Position numbers and translations under genes: made by a program. This document shows positions 37,080-50,345 of a DNA stretch of 64,000 bases, in pieces (the stretch's first letter is position 1; each line of letters starts with the position of its first letter). Source of the stretch: Macrostomum hystrix (Eukaryota > Animalia > Platyhelminthes); contig CATNEN010000010.1 in NCBI GenBank assembly GCA_950097015.1, positions 682,001-746,000 of the forward strand. The letters are read 5' to 3'. The notes beneath the pieces were generated by a model, which saw only the letters and a program-made list of their open reading frames with translations, was not told the DNA's origin and made no database searches.

Positions 37080-37330
37080 CCTGCACGCCGCCCCAGGTGC
37101 GGATACGGGCCTCGTCAGGGCCTGGACGCAGAAGAAAAGGAGGTGTTCGACAGAGTCGTGTTGTCCGCAGACTATGCAGAGGTTGTCTGGGTCCAGGTTA
37201 AACGTGTGCAGCGTTTCTCTGGTGAGCGGGGACTTACGCACCCAAAGCTGACTGACAGTCACCTGGCCCCCACCGAGGCATATGGTCGTGACCTGGAGTT
37301 GCCGGTAGGATGGGTGTTTGATCTTTTTTG
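37080..37330 (-). mobile_element. L1/Tx1-type LINE C-terminal zinc-finger fragment
   Basis: LTRETLHTFNLDPDNLCIVCGQHDSVEHLLFFC (Cx2C...Hx4C). Confidence 0.6.
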
Positions 37331-38399
37331 GCGCCAAGATGCCATAAAGCATGCTTTTTTTTCCTTGTATCACAATTAAACCACGCATTATACATCAAAT
37401 ATATTTCTAATTAGCATGTTACTAAAACAGCTCACACAATAGTATTAGTCTATCACGTATTTTATGTTTAAATGCGCAATAAGACAAATTTAAATTTCAT
37501 TTTCGCTTTTTCGTCTCGCGGATCGTTACATACAATGTCTCGTCTTTCGTATCACATTAACTTATGGTATAAAACAGCAGCATTCATATACTTCAACCTT
37601 ACATTTTAATTTGTGTTTGCATGTTTACTATTTTAAATCTCTTAAAAGTAAGAATCCATCCAATCCAATTTAAAGTAGAAGCATGAATAAAATTCTTGCC
37701 TGAAATATCACCTAAAATATAAAAAAAACATGTCAATATAGGGCCTAACTCAATATGACTTAGCTAACTGTCAATGCGCTAGGCCTAGTTATTTACATTG
37801 TTAGGCCTCCTATTGTAATATTTTATTAGCTAAAAACTATAAAGTAGCAAAAAGCATTTATGAGATTCATAAAATACAAAACAAAGGATATGGCGAATTC
37901 CTTTGTTTTATAGTTTTTATTTTTGCACCAAACTGCATGTACTCAATTTAACGGAAGGCTGCAAGGCAGTATTTAAATGCCTATTAGCTAGTATTGGCTA
38001 TTGTTAAATGAAATAGTTAAAAAATCGAATGTAAACAATATAAAAACAATACAATATAAGTATGTATTATTAAACAAGCTTAATATAAACGAATTTGACC
38101 CAAGCCATTAGTGATCCATAACTCCATTATCAGTGACAAATTTTCTATTTTGCCGCATTATATTATTTTTCATATTTTTTATATGATGTCTGTCATGTCC
38201 AGTCAAAATCACATCACAGTTTACTACAAACTCTTTTTGTGGATTCCATCTAATCTAGTCCAAAAACCAGATTCATAGCAGCTCAAAGATCAGCTACTAA
38301 ATTAAATTTTCTTAGTAGTTTCATTGCATATGGCTTTTTGCTTGAGCTACTTTTAGTTGTAATTAGTTTTCATAAGTGTCATATGAAGTGATATAAAAA

Positions 38400-38829
38400 A
38401 ACTCTAGTTAGAAACATTCTTGTTGAAGATCTTAGCATGAGGAAGAAATGTGCCAGATGGTGCCTAAGTCGCTCACTGACAATCAGAAACAGCTGCAATT
38501 GGACATTGCCCAGTGAGGCTAAAAGACAGGTCGCAGAGTTGAGACACCCACCTTATTCGCTGGATTATCTAGATATGGCATGTGTGATTTCTGGCTCTTT
38601 CCCAAGGTGAATCAGGTCCTCAAAGGATCCAGATTTGAAGACTTGGATGTCATCATGGAGAGTGTGACATGGGTGCTGAGAGGCATCACAAAGGAGGACT
38701 TCCAGGGCTGTATCAGTAGCTGGCACCAGCAATTGAGGCAATGTATTGACAATGGCAGCAATTACTTTGAAGGCAACAATTTTCTGAATTTGCAATATTT
38801 TGTTCCTTACTTTTTGGCCACACCTTGTA
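38400..38829 (+). mobile_element. Internally deleted mariner transposase remnant with right TIR ending at TA
   Basis: ILVEDLSMRKKCARW, HPPYS, CDFWLFPKV..LKGSRF and CIDNGSNYFEG. Terminus ...tttggccacaccttg-TA. Confidence 0.85.
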
Positions 38830-39000
38830 CACTTCACTGTGCATTGGAGATTAGCATCAAGGGCATAAATTGCACAACAAGCCCCCAACCCTTCTCTCTG
38901 TGGCTGCACCCCAAATAAATGTGGCCGTGCCATGGAATCAAACTGAGGGACCATGGTGCAAAGAAGCAAACACAATAATTGCTCTGCCACCAACCCCCAA
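38830..39000 (-). mobile_element. tRNA-derived SINE family A, 5' part
   Basis: The minus strand reads gggggttggtggcagagc...gcaccatggtccctcagtttgattcc...ggccacatttatttgg..., matching 13552-13720. It stops at the mariner TA. Confidence 0.7.
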
Positions 39001-39755
39001 CTATTTATTCTTACCCTATAAGAAAAATTTTTAGGATTTTTCTTAAGCCTTGTCAATTTTCTTACTTAACTACTGCTCAAAATAAACACTCATGGGTGCC
39101 AGCAGCATGGGTATCGACTGGCCCAAAAGATGGCTCAAACAGTTGTAAACATTTCATCATGTGTTGGGTGCTAGACACTTGACTAAAGCACACATTTCCC
39201 AACCCTTCTCATTTCTAATGTGTGTGTCCTAAGGTTTTCAACATTTTTCCAATCGGGTAGTCTTATCAATCAATCACCTGTTTGGCCTGGGAATAAAAAT
39301 GGCTAAATGCATAAATACTGATATCACTTGATACAAAAATTGTAGCTAGTCAATAAACAACTGGCACTGTAGGCTCAAAATTTGTCATTTTTTAAGGTCA
39401 ACAGATCTATTAGTAAGAAAATAATTAAGTCATTCATAAAACTTTGCTTTGCTAATAACTTTAATCTTTTGCCCTTCTATAATCTCATATTTGTCAAAGC
39501 TAAGCATATTAGCAATGATATGGTATAGCTGCTTTTCTAGAATGAGCAGCAATTTTATTGTTAGCTAATATCCTGAAACAGTCAGACAGTCCTATGTTTG
39601 CTAATGTTCATTGCTTAACACAGCATCTGGATGGTCAGTTAGCCTCTTTGCCCTTTTTCATTGTCCAGCTAGATGATGGTGCCAGTAACATGCAAGTCAT
39701 TTATAACTATATGTCATTGTGTAGATGTCAAAAAAGCAAACTATTTTATTTTCAG

Positions 39756-42700
39756 CTAGTCATTAAAAACTCTGACACTATGGAGAATTTCGATCGCAAC
39801 AAGCTAGAAATGCTGCTTAAGCAGAGATTTTTTTATGACCAGTCATTTGCTATTTATGGAGGTGAGTTTTGTTTGACTCTTCATCAATTGATTTTCAACG
39901 TTGTGATTAAGCTCTAAACTCACATTCGTTCTTCTCTCACTGCCACAGGTGTTCAGGGTCTGTATGACTTTGGTCCAATGGGCTGCGCAGTCAAGGCTAA
40001 CCTGCTGCAGGAGTGGCGTAACTTTTTTGTGCTGGAGGAGCAAATGCTAGAGATGGACTGCTCAGTGCTGACGCCAGAACCCGTGCTGAAGGCCTCCGGC
40101 CATGTGGATCGATTCGCCGATTATAAGGTGCGAGTTCCACTGGGCTGAGGTAGTTCCATTGCGGTGGTGCCGTGTTGGCAGTCACTGGGCTAGCGGTGGG
40201 TGCAGGGTTGACAGTCACTGAGCTAGTGGTGGGTGCAGGGTTGGCAGTCACTGAGCTTGTGGTGGGTGCAGGGTTGGCAGTCACTGAGCTAGTGGTGGGT
40301 GCACGGTTGGCAGTCACTGAGCTAGCGGTGGGTGCAGGGTTGGCAGTCACTGAGCTAGTGGTGGGTGCAGGGTTGACAGTCACTGAGCTAGTGGTGGGTG
40401 CAGGGTTGGCAGTCACTGAGCTAGTGGTGGGTGCAGGGTTAACAGTCACTGAGCTAGTGGTGGGTGCAGGGTTGGCAGTCACTGAGCTAGTGGTGGGTGC
40501 AGGGTTGGCAGTCACTGAGCTAGTGGTGGGTGCACGGTTGGCAGTCACTGAGCTAGCGGTGGGTGCAGGGTTGGCAGTCACTGAGCTAGTGGTGGGTGCA
40601 GGGTTGACAGTCACTGAGCTAGTGGTGGGTGCAGGGTTGGCAGTCACTGAGCTAGTGGTGGGTGCAGGGTTAACAGTCACTGAGCTAGTGGTGGGTGCAG
40701 GGTTGGCAGTCACTGAGCTAGTGGTGGGTGCAGGGTTGGCAGTCACTGAGCTAGTGGTGGGTGCAGGGTTGGCAGTCACTGAGCTAGCGATGGGTGCAGG
40801 GTTGGCAGTCACTGAGCTTGTGGTGGGGTTAAGGTTGCAGCTTCTGGAATTTCTGAGGTAGTATATTGGATGGAAAAATCTTCAGGCTATTTGAAAATTC
40901 ACAATATTTTTGTTGATTTCAGCTTCTTTTCATTAAAAAGTGAAACTTTTTTCTCAGGTAAAGGACCTGAAAACCGGCGAGTGCTTTCGCGCCGATCACG
41001 TAGTGAAGCAATTCCTAGAAAAGCTGGTCGCCGACGCCAAGGCGCCGCAGGACAAGCGCGACGAGGCGCGCAGCATTCTGAACTGCATCGACAACCTGGA
41101 CGGCGCCGGCCTTCAGGAAGTGATCGTGAAGTTCGGCATTAAGTCGCCTCAGTCCGGCAACGACATCTCCGAGCCGCAGCAATTCAACCTGATGTTCCAG
41201 GTGTCCATTGGTCCGGCCGGCAACATCAAAGGCTATCTGCGACCCGAGACAGCTCAGGGCATCTTTGTCAATTTCAAACGGCTGCTGGAGTTTAACCAGG
41301 GCCGCTTGCCATTCGCGGCCGCTCAGATTGGCAACAGTTTCCGCAATGAAATCAGCCCCCGCTCCGGCCTGCTCAGGTTAGCGCACTTGCTTCTATGCGA
41401 TTTCGTGATTTTATGAACTGTCATAGTATAGAAAACTCGGCCATTCCCTAGGGATAGGATTCAGCGTTAAATCTTATACGTAGGTGTGACATTCGGGGTT
41501 GCTATTACATGCGTTGAGTTGAGATTGAGTTGAGGGTTGAGATTCAGGGCTGATATCCCATGCGTAGGGTTGAGATTCAGGGCTGATATCCCATGCGTAG
41601 GGTTGAGATTCAGGGCTGATATCCCATGCGTAGGGTTGAGATTCAGGGCTGATATCCCATGCGTAGGGTTGAGATTCAGGACTGATATCCCATGCGTAGG
41701 GTTGAGATTCAGGACTGATATCCCATGCGTAGGGTTGAGATTCAGGGCTGATATCCCATGCGTAGGGTTGAGATTCAGGGCTGATATCCCATGCGTAGGG
41801 TTGAGATTCAGGGCTGATATCCCATGCGTAGGGTTGAGATTCAGGACTGATATCCCATGCGTAGGGATGAGATTCAGGGCTGATATCCCATGTGTAGGGT
41901 TGAGATTCAGGGCTGATATCCCATGCGTAGGGATGAGATTCAGGGCTGATATCCCATGCGTAGAGATGAGATTCCCATGCGTGAGATTCGAGGCTGGTGT
42001 CGAGGAAGCGTGAGATCTCTATGAGAATCCCAATCCTGGCAGGGTCCGTGAGTTCACCATGGCCGAGATCGAGCACTTCCTGGATCCCACTGACAAGTCG
42101 CACCCGAAATTCGTCACTGTTGCCGGCCTGGCCCTGCCGCTTTACTCGGCCAAGGACCAGGAGGCCGGTCTCGGCGCCACCACCGACAAGACGCTGGGAG
42201 AGGTGCTGGTTTTTCATTTGTGAATTCTATTTAATGACTTTTTGACATTCTGATTTGGGATTTTAAGTATACAATGAGGATTTGACAGTCTGAGTTGGGA
42301 TTTTAAGTAGACGATGAGGTTTCGACACCCTTAGAATTCCAGTCTGAAGGATTTAGTATGCAGATTAAAATCAGCCCAATTTCCCAGTTCCAACGATCTC
42401 CGCTTGTTTGTGCCCCGCAGGCCGTGTCAGCCGGCATAATCGCCAACGAGACCCTGGCCTACTTCATGGCCCGCATCTTTCTGTTCATGGTGCGCTGCGG
42501 CGTGGACCGGGCTCGGCTTCGCTTCCGCCAGCACCTCAGCAACGAGATGGCCCACTACGCCTGCGACTGCTGGGACGCCGAGTGCCTGACCTCCTACGGC
42601 TGGATCGAGTGCGTCGGCTGCGCTGATCGCTCTGCCTACGACCTGACGCAGCATGCCAAGGCCTGCGGCGCCCAGCTGGTGGCGGAGAAGATGCTGGCCG

Positions 42701-44788
42701 AGCCACGCCAGGTCGTGGCCAACGAGGCCGTCATCAACAAGGGCGTCGTTGGCAAGACGTTCAAAGCTGACGCAACGTAAGTAGTTTAGCAGCTGTTTGG
42801 CACAATAGCCCAGGACAGAAGGCTTAGGCTTTGTTGCGCAATCTGACATGAAAGGTCAGGACAGATGTCACATCCATGTGTACGCATCGGTGTGCTTGAT
42901 TCCCAGAGCTCAGTGGAATGTGTTCTTCCACTCCTTTTTGACTGCCTCTACTTCTGAACTCGCTATCGCCCACTTTCGCGCAGTCACGTGACGCAGTACC
43001 TGAGCAGCCTGGAGGCAGCGGAGCTGGACGCCCTGGCCACGGAGTTGCAGTCGCTGGGCTCTGTGTCGCGCCAGATAAACGGGGCGGAGCGCCAGCTAAC
43101 GTCCGAGATGGTGTCGGTGCGCCGGGTGGAGCGCACCGTCCACCGCGAGGAGTTCGTGCCCAGCGTCATCGAGCCCAGCTTCGGCATCGGGCGCGTCATG
43201 TACGTGATCTTCGAGCACAGCTTCCGGGCTCGCGAGGGTGACGAGGCGCGAACTTACCTCAGCCTGCCGCCGATCATTGCGCCCTACAAGTGCAGCGTCC
43301 TGCAGCTCAGCAACAATCCCAAACTGCGCGAGCTGGCCACAAGCATGTCCCAGGCGCTGACCCAGGCCGGCCTGTCTCACCGCATTGATGACAGCAGCGT
43401 CTCCATCGGCAAGCGGTACGCGCGCACCGACCAGATTGCCATCCCCTACGGCGTCACCATCGACTTCGACAGCATCAACAAGAGCCCGGCCAGCGCCACC
43501 CTGCGGGAGCGAGACTCCATGCGTCAGGTTCGAGTTGAGGTACGCATCCGGTTTCTGTTGAACGTGCCGCTTAACTCTTGCCGTTAAATATCCCAGATCC
43601 ACGATTAGGGTGTCTGGTTTCCCAGATCCTCAGGTTGGGTGTGTGTTTCCCAGATCCTCAGGTTGGGTGTCTGTTTCCCAGATCCTCAGGTTGGGTGTCT
43701 GTTTCCCTGATCCTCAGGTTGGGTGTCTGTTTCCCTGATCCTCAGGTTGGGTGTCTGTTATCCTGATCCTCAGGTTCGGTGTGTGTTTCCCAGATCCTCA
43801 GGTTGGGTGTCTGTTTCCCAGATCCTCAGGTTGGGTGTGTGTTTCCCAGATCCTCAGGTTGGGTGTCTGTTTCCCTGATCTTCAGGTTGGGTGTCTGTTT
43901 CCCTGATCTTCAGGTTGGGTGTCTGTTTCCCTGATCCTCAGGTTGGGTGTCTGTTTCCAGATCCTCAGGTTGGGTGTGTGTTTCCCAGATCCTCAGGTTG
44001 GGTGTCTGTTTCCCTGATCTTCAGGTTGGGTGTCTGTTTCCCTGATCCTCAGGTTGGGTGTCTGTTTCCAGATCCTCAGGTTGGGTGTGTGTTTCCCAGA
44101 TCCTCAGGTTGGGTGTGTGTTTCCCAGATCCTCAGGTTGGGTGTGTGTTTCCCAGATCCTCAGGTTGGGTGTCTGTTTCCCAGATCCTCAGGTTGGGTGT
44201 GTGTTTCCCAGATCCTCAGGTTGGGTGTGTGTTTCCCAGATCCCCAGGTTGGGTGTGTGTTTCCCAGATCCTCAGGTTGGGTGTGTGTTTCCCAGATCCT
44301 CAGGTTGGGTGTCTGTTTCCCTGATCCTCAGGTTGGGTGTCTGTTATCCTGATCCTCAGGTTCGGTGTGTGTTTCCCAGATCCTCAGGTTGGGTGTCTGT
44401 TTCCCAGATCCTCAGGTTGGGTGTCTGTTTCCCAGATCCTCAGGTTGGGTGTGTGTTTCCCAGATCCTCAGGTTGGGTGTCTGTTTCCCTGATCCTCAGG
44501 TTGGGTGTGTGTTTCCCTATCCCTAATTTGGCTCGCCGCTTTCTCAGGTTCTGGATCTAATTTGCCACCGTGGAATTCAAACTCCGCAGTTTTATTGTCA
44601 TTAGAATCTTTATAGCTCGTAGTTGCTCTCCTCCAGGTGATAAAGCTGTTGATTAATTTCTCCCTAACCAGGTGGATAAAATCCCGGGCATAGTGCAGCA
44701 GCTGGTGCAGGAGAAGATCACCTGGGCCCAGGTAATGGAGACATACCCGATGTTCGAGCAGCAGGAGACTATCAAGGATGCTGAGTGA
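39756..44788 (+). CDS. GARS1: Glycyl-tRNA synthetase (eukaryotic alpha2 type); exons ~39756-39861, 39949-40127, 40958-41377, 42043-42203, 42421-42777, ~42984-43540, 44672-44788
   Basis: [77 protein letters not shown]|[34 protein letters not shown] and anticodon-binding [10 protein letters not shown]...ATLRERDS. Confidence 0.97.
40176..40830. repeat. 33-bp intronic minisatellite (GTCACTGAGCTAGTGGTGGGTGCAGGGTTGGCA)n
   Basis: About 20 units inside a GlyRS intron. Confidence 0.95.
41520..41990. repeat. 33-bp intronic minisatellite (GGGTTGAGATTCAGGGCTGATATCCCATGCGTA)n
   Basis: About 13 units inside a GlyRS intron. Confidence 0.95.
43590..44520. repeat. 28-bp intronic minisatellite (CCCAGATCCTCAGGTTGGGTGTGTGTTT)n
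   Basis: About 33 units in the last GlyRS intron. Confidence 0.95.
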
Positions 44789-45635
44789 GTGGACTCGGAC
44801 TCCTCCAGGCCTCGGAATTTTCTCTGCGCCTTGATTCTGAAGGCTATGTTGCTGAAATCCTTTTTAGGGCTGACGGCTTTTCAATCTCGACTATTTTCTC
44901 CTACTTTCTGTTCAGAACCTCTTTGGATTGCAATTACTGTCTGGATATTAATTATGAACGATTATTCTCTACTGGGACGCTTTCGCGTTTGTTACCGCAA
45001 TTTTTAAGTTAATTTAGATGCGAAAAGTGAATTCATGACCTGCCTACTGCTAGTACTATAAACTGCACATTGTGAGTGGAGGTAGTTTCTGAAATTTTTG
45101 AAGCGCCGGACCAAGTAACTGCTCCCAGCTGACGCCGTATCAATGCGACTCTTCTGATCGTCTTATATTTCTGAATTTCTTCAGTCTCCGGTTCAGTTTA
45201 CTATGCAAGTCTTGAAAGTCTCTGCCTGCCTCTCTCGGCTGGCCCAGCTGGTTGATTGTCCGACTGTCTCCGATGCAATCATTGTCAACCAGCTTGGCCA
45301 GCCTTTCATTTATTTTTTTCCCTTGGCTTAGACCCGGCCTTCATTGTTTAATGCGCTTATTGCTGCTGTCCCAGTGAGCGAGTGACCGAGAGAATATACA
45401 GGAACACTTGGGCGGCTGTTGGTCGCTGTCGTTTGTTGAATTTCGCGACTGTTTGGTTGTTTTGGAGACAAAACATTCTTCAAGCAGCTTTCCTTCAGTG
45501 CGTTTTTATTTTTTAAGACATTTATAAGTCTCGGCAGTGTGAGAGTGAGACGAGAAGTTCAGGACTCAAGTGGTGTTGCAGAGTCGTTTGAAAGCCTCAT
45601 TTACGGCTCAAACGCTTCTGTAACGAATCGAGCTA

Positions 45636-47000
45636 ATTTCAAACGACTCAGACGCTTCTGTAATGACCCATGTCATTTTCAAACGACTCAGACGCTTCTG
45701 TAATGACCCATGTCATTTTCAAACGACTCAGACGCTTCTGTAATGACCCATGTCATTTTCAAACGACTCAGACGCTTCTGTAATGACCCATGTCATTTTC
45801 AAACGACTCAGACGCTTCTGTAATGACCCATGTCATTTTCAAACGACTCAGACGCTTCTGTAATGACCCATGTCATTTTCAAACGACTCAGACGCTTCTG
45901 TAATGACCCATGTCATTTTCAAACGACTCAGACGCTTCTGTAATGACCCATGTCATTTTCAAACGACTCAGACGCTTCTGTAATGACCCATGTCATTTTC
46001 AAACGACTCAGACGCTTCTGTAATGACCCATGTCATTTTCAAACGACTCAGACGCTTCTGTAATGACCCATGTCATTTTCAAACGACTCAGACGCTTCTG
46101 TAATGACCCATGTCATTTTCAAACGACTCAGACGCTTCTGTAATGACCCATGTCATTTTCAAACGACTCAGACGCTTCTGTAATGACCCATGTCATTTTC
46201 AAACGACTCAGACGCTTCTGTAATGACCCATGTCATTTTCAAACGACTCAGACGCTTCTGTAATGACCCATGTCATTTTCAAACGACTCAGACGCTTCTG
46301 TAATGACCCATGTCATTTTCAAACGACTCAGACGCTTCTGTAATGACCCATGTCATTTTCAAACGACTCAGACGCTTCTGTAATGACCCATGTCATTTTC
46401 AAACGACTCAGACGCTTCTGTAATGACCCATGTCATTTTCAAACGACTCACGCTTCTGTAATGACCCATGTCATTTTCAAACGACTCAAACGCTTCATGT
46501 AACGACCTAAGCCACTTTCAAGCGACTCAAACGCTTCTGTAACGACTCAAACCTTTCTGTAACGATTCAGACGCTTCTGTGCCGACTCAAACCTTTCTAT
46601 AACGATTCAGACGCTTCTGTGCCGACTCAAACCTTTCTGTAACGATTCAGACGCTTCTGTGCCGACTCAAACCTTTCTGTAACGATTCAGACGCTTCTGT
46701 AACGACTCAAACCTTTCTACGAGCGTATAACGATTCATACGCTTTCGTATCTACTCAAACCTTTCTATAACGATTCAGACGCTTCTGTGCCGACTCAAAC
46801 CTTTCTATAACGATTCAGACGCTTCTGTAACGACTGAAACCTTTCTATAACGATTCAGACGCTTCTGTAACGACTGAAACCTTTCTATAACGATTCAGAC
46901 GCTTCTGTAACGACTGAAACCTTTCTATAACGATTCAGACGCTTCTGTGCCGACTCAAACCTTTCTGTAACGATTCAGACGCTTCTGTAGCGACTTAATC
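45636..47000. repeat. Homogeneous 40-bp array (AAACGACTCAGACGCTTCTGTAATGACCCATGTCATTTTC)n to ~46490, followed by a related degenerate 20+20-bp array
   Basis: About 21 near-identical 40-mers, then alternating aacgactcaaacctttct and aacgattcagacgcttctgt units. Confidence 0.95.
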
Positions 47001-47600
47001 GCTTTTCTGAAAACTCAAATGCCTCTGTGCAAATGCAAGCCTGAAACTGCTCTAAGCGCCTCGCTATCAGGATTCCGACTTCGAAGCAATTCAACAACGC
47101 TGCTATTACGCCTCTGTAAGGCCTCGTATCGTAAAATCCAATCACTTTGAGATGCATCATTTCTATTGAGTTCTCTAATTCTCAACAATCCTGAAGTGCC
47201 TCTGATAGTGGACTGAAATAGCTTCTACGAGCTAGAACGAATTTAAATATACGAGTTTAGTTTCTGGCTTCTCGATTCATGCCACTTAGCCTAGGTTTAG
47301 GTTCGGTTAGGTTATTCTGTTCGGCATTTGATTCTCTTATGCTTGAGCTTATCTCCAAAAAGTAAACGAATTTTTAGTAAAGCCATGCAAAGGGCACGCG
47401 ATGCCCAATCGTCACAATATCGGTAAACAACATGAGCATGTTTTTGTCGGGCAGAGCAAGTGCCAAATTCCACGAATCAGCGCTGGATAGTCAGTTTATA
47501 TTTCCGAATAAGCAAGCAAGTTGTTCGTACGCGTTTGAGCAACGCAGCAAGGGCTTAAGTCTTCCTAGCAGATGTGACACCTGGTGTGACCGAGCAACTG

Positions 47601-48463
47601 CTACTTGACCCTCATGAGGTAGATCATACCTGACTGGTCTCTGTAGCAGCTCTCCTTCTCCTCCGACACAACAAACTGCCACAGGCCCTCCGACTGTAGC
47701 TTGAGCAACTCCGGCTCCATCTGAAACTGCTTGCGCATGGCGATGCCAAAGTAGCCACCTGCCGGCGGGAAAAATTCGAATTTATTTAAAATTGATTTGC
47801 CCATCTGAGTATGCTAAAATCTCTGGATGGGATTAGCTACTCGTAATTCTGAGCTCGTCACCAAGGACCACCAGTAGTCTACTCCTAGTGGTCCTTGCTC
47901 GTCACATGTACGAGCGCGTAGATCGCAAAGTAATTTACGCAGAGACACGCACCCGGCTTGACAAGAGCAGCCAGGTGTCGCAGGCAGGACGACGTCAGGT
48001 GATTTGGTAGAAGCGAGCCGCTGGTCAGCAAAGCGTCATAGGTCCTCGGCTTCGCGCACTTCAGCGGCTCGTTTGTGACGAACTCGCAATAGAGGTTCTT
48101 GTACAGACCCTTGTGACGGGCGACCTCCAGCATCCCGCTGCTGCCGTCGACACCGTCCACGTGTGGATAGCCCATGTCCTGCAGCCGCTCCGCCACCAGG
48201 CCGGTGCCGCAGGCGATGTCCAGGATGCGGCTCTGCGGCTCCGGTGGCATCAGCTTGCCGAAGGCGTCGGTCAAGTGGCGCGTGACATTGTAGCCGATGC
48301 CAGCCCGGGCTAAGTCCTCGTCGTAGGAGTTGGCCCAGCTGTCGTAGACCTCGGCAATCTGCTCCGGTGTCATCGGTTGGTCGACGAAAGCATTGATGTG
48401 ATCAACCGGGTGTGTCTCCACGCCAGGCTTAGTGACGCCAGTTACCAGTGGGCCGTTCATCAT
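47601..48463 (-). CDS. METTL27/WBSCR27-like SAM-dependent methyltransferase, paralog 1; exons 48463-47953 and 47758-47601
   Basis: YDSWANSYDEDL, ILDIACGTGLV (motif I), VDGVDGSSGML, YDALLTSGS and LVKP-G|GGYFGIAMRK. Phase-1 GT/AG intron. Confidence 0.88.
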
Positions 48464-49584
48464 TGCAACGCTTCGGCGGTTGTTCAGTCAGTTTTGGTGA
48501 CGAAAATTTGGTTCGACACTTCGAGTCAGCTGGAAACGACGCGTTATATTTGTTATTTTATACTTCTCCTGAGTACACCTCTAGGGGCGGGCTGGGGTGG
48601 ACCCTCTGCGCCCCTTCCTATGGGTTGTGCTGCGCTGTGTTGTAAGAGCGTGCCAACGGCTCACTTATCTCGTGTAAACAGAAAACGGCCTCCAAAAACG
48701 ATGAAACTGGAATTTTCCGTGGAAAATCTATTGCAAGTAGACCAAATTAGTTGTATATGCTCAGTCAACCTAATTAATCGAGAAGATAGGTGCATTGCTT
48801 TCCTTTTCTCAGCTGGACATTTCAAGGCCATGGCAGTAATTAGAAAACAAACTCAATATGTCTCGGACAGGTTCACGTAGGACAGCCACGGTGGACTAGG
48901 CCCTCTGACAACTACAGCCTCCTTAAAAATCATGCTGAAAGAGAGATAAGAATCGTTTGCGCAGCCGTGGCCCAATCGGTCTGTTTCCAGGTGGGATTGT
49001 CAGTCTTGGCTCAGCTTTGAGGCGCGCCCAGTTTGATTGCCCTTTGAACCTTGAACGAGAAATGACGACTTGAACAAAAATTTTGTTGCTTTGTTTTTGT
49101 GTCTAATCGACTAATGTTTCACTAGCTCACTATTTGTGGCAGTTAAGCGCTCAGAATAGGCATATCAAATTGCTTCTTAAACAAGTGATAATTAAAAAGG
49201 CACGCCAGATGTCGCCACTGTGACTCCACTGCAGTTTTTTGTCCTTTTTCGCTTGTGTTGGAGTTAAAAAGGCGTTAGAAAACATTCCTAGTTGAATTCC
49301 AAGTTTTGTTTTGAAGTATTTCGATCGAAACTATTTTATATTGCTTCAGCAAACAATTAAAAGGCATTGAATTCAGGACTGCAAAGAGGTGTTGATTCAT
49401 AATCGATCGAGTCTACGAGTAAAAGGTATGCTGGATCATTTTGCATGAAACTAATCAATTAGGACAATAAAATGTAGATAAACAATGAATAAAATTCGTG
49501 ACTTGAAGTAGTGAAGCAGTTCTCGTATCATTGGGTTCGAGGACAAAAACTAATCAGGTAAAGCTGTACCGCACTGTCTCGTAT

Positions 49585-50345
49585 CTAGCAAACCCTGAAC
49601 AGGTAGATCAGGCAGGACATACTTCCGTAGCAGTTTTCCACCTCAGTTTGGTTGGCGACCTGCCAGACGCCCTCCGACTGGAGCTTGCGCAGCTCCGGCT
49701 CCATGTCCGCCTGGTACTGCTTGCGCATGGCGATGCCGAAAAGGCCACCTGCGAGTAGAAGTTTTTCTATGCTTAAAATAGTCGCTATGAAACTTAATGA
49801 ATCCTAGAATCCTAGAATACAGCACTGCAGTGTTCACCTTGCTTAACCAAAGCGGCCAGGGGTCGCGCGCAGGACGGCATCAGGTGATTCGGACAGAAAG
49901 ATCCGCTTGTCAGCAGGGCGTCGTAGGTTCTCGGCTGGGTGCACTTCAACGGCTGGTCTCCAACGAGCTCGCAGAAGAGGTTCTCGTAGAGGCCCTTCGC
50001 GCGTGCAGCCTCCAGCATCCCACTGCTGCTGTCGATGCCGTCCATGTGGACATAGCCCAGCTGGCGCAGGCGCTGAGCGACCAGGCCGGTGCCACAGGCG
50101 ACGTCAAGGATGCGGCACTGCGGCGTCGGGGGCATCAGCTTGGCGAAAGCGTCCGCCAGCTCATGCGGGGGCCGAATGCCGACAGACGCTCTGGTTAAGT
50201 CAGTTTCGTAGGTGTCGCACCAGCGGTTGTAGACGTCGGCCGTTTGCTCCGAGGTCAGCGGTTGCTTCAGGAAGGTGTTGATGTTTTGGATGACGGTCTC
50301 CGGCCTGGCGTTTGCGCGGAACTCCACTGTAGACTCGGCACTCAT
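49585..50345 (-). CDS. METTL27/WBSCR27-like methyltransferase, paralog 2; exons 50345-49838 and 49748-49585
   Basis: YNRWCDTYETDL, ILDVACGTGLV, MDGIDSSSGML and YDALLTSGSF. Same phase-1 intron position. Exon 2 reads GLFGIAMRKQ...LIYLFRVC*. Confidence 0.88.

Noticed and set aside
39997-40861. Mucin-like ([11 protein letters not shown])n and ([11 protein letters not shown])n ORFs
   Set aside because: They are translations of a 33-bp minisatellite inside a GlyRS intron bounded by canonical splice sites.
41474-44560. ORFs with ([11 protein letters not shown])n and ([14 protein letters not shown])n repeats
   Set aside because: They are translations of intronic minisatellites in GlyRS.
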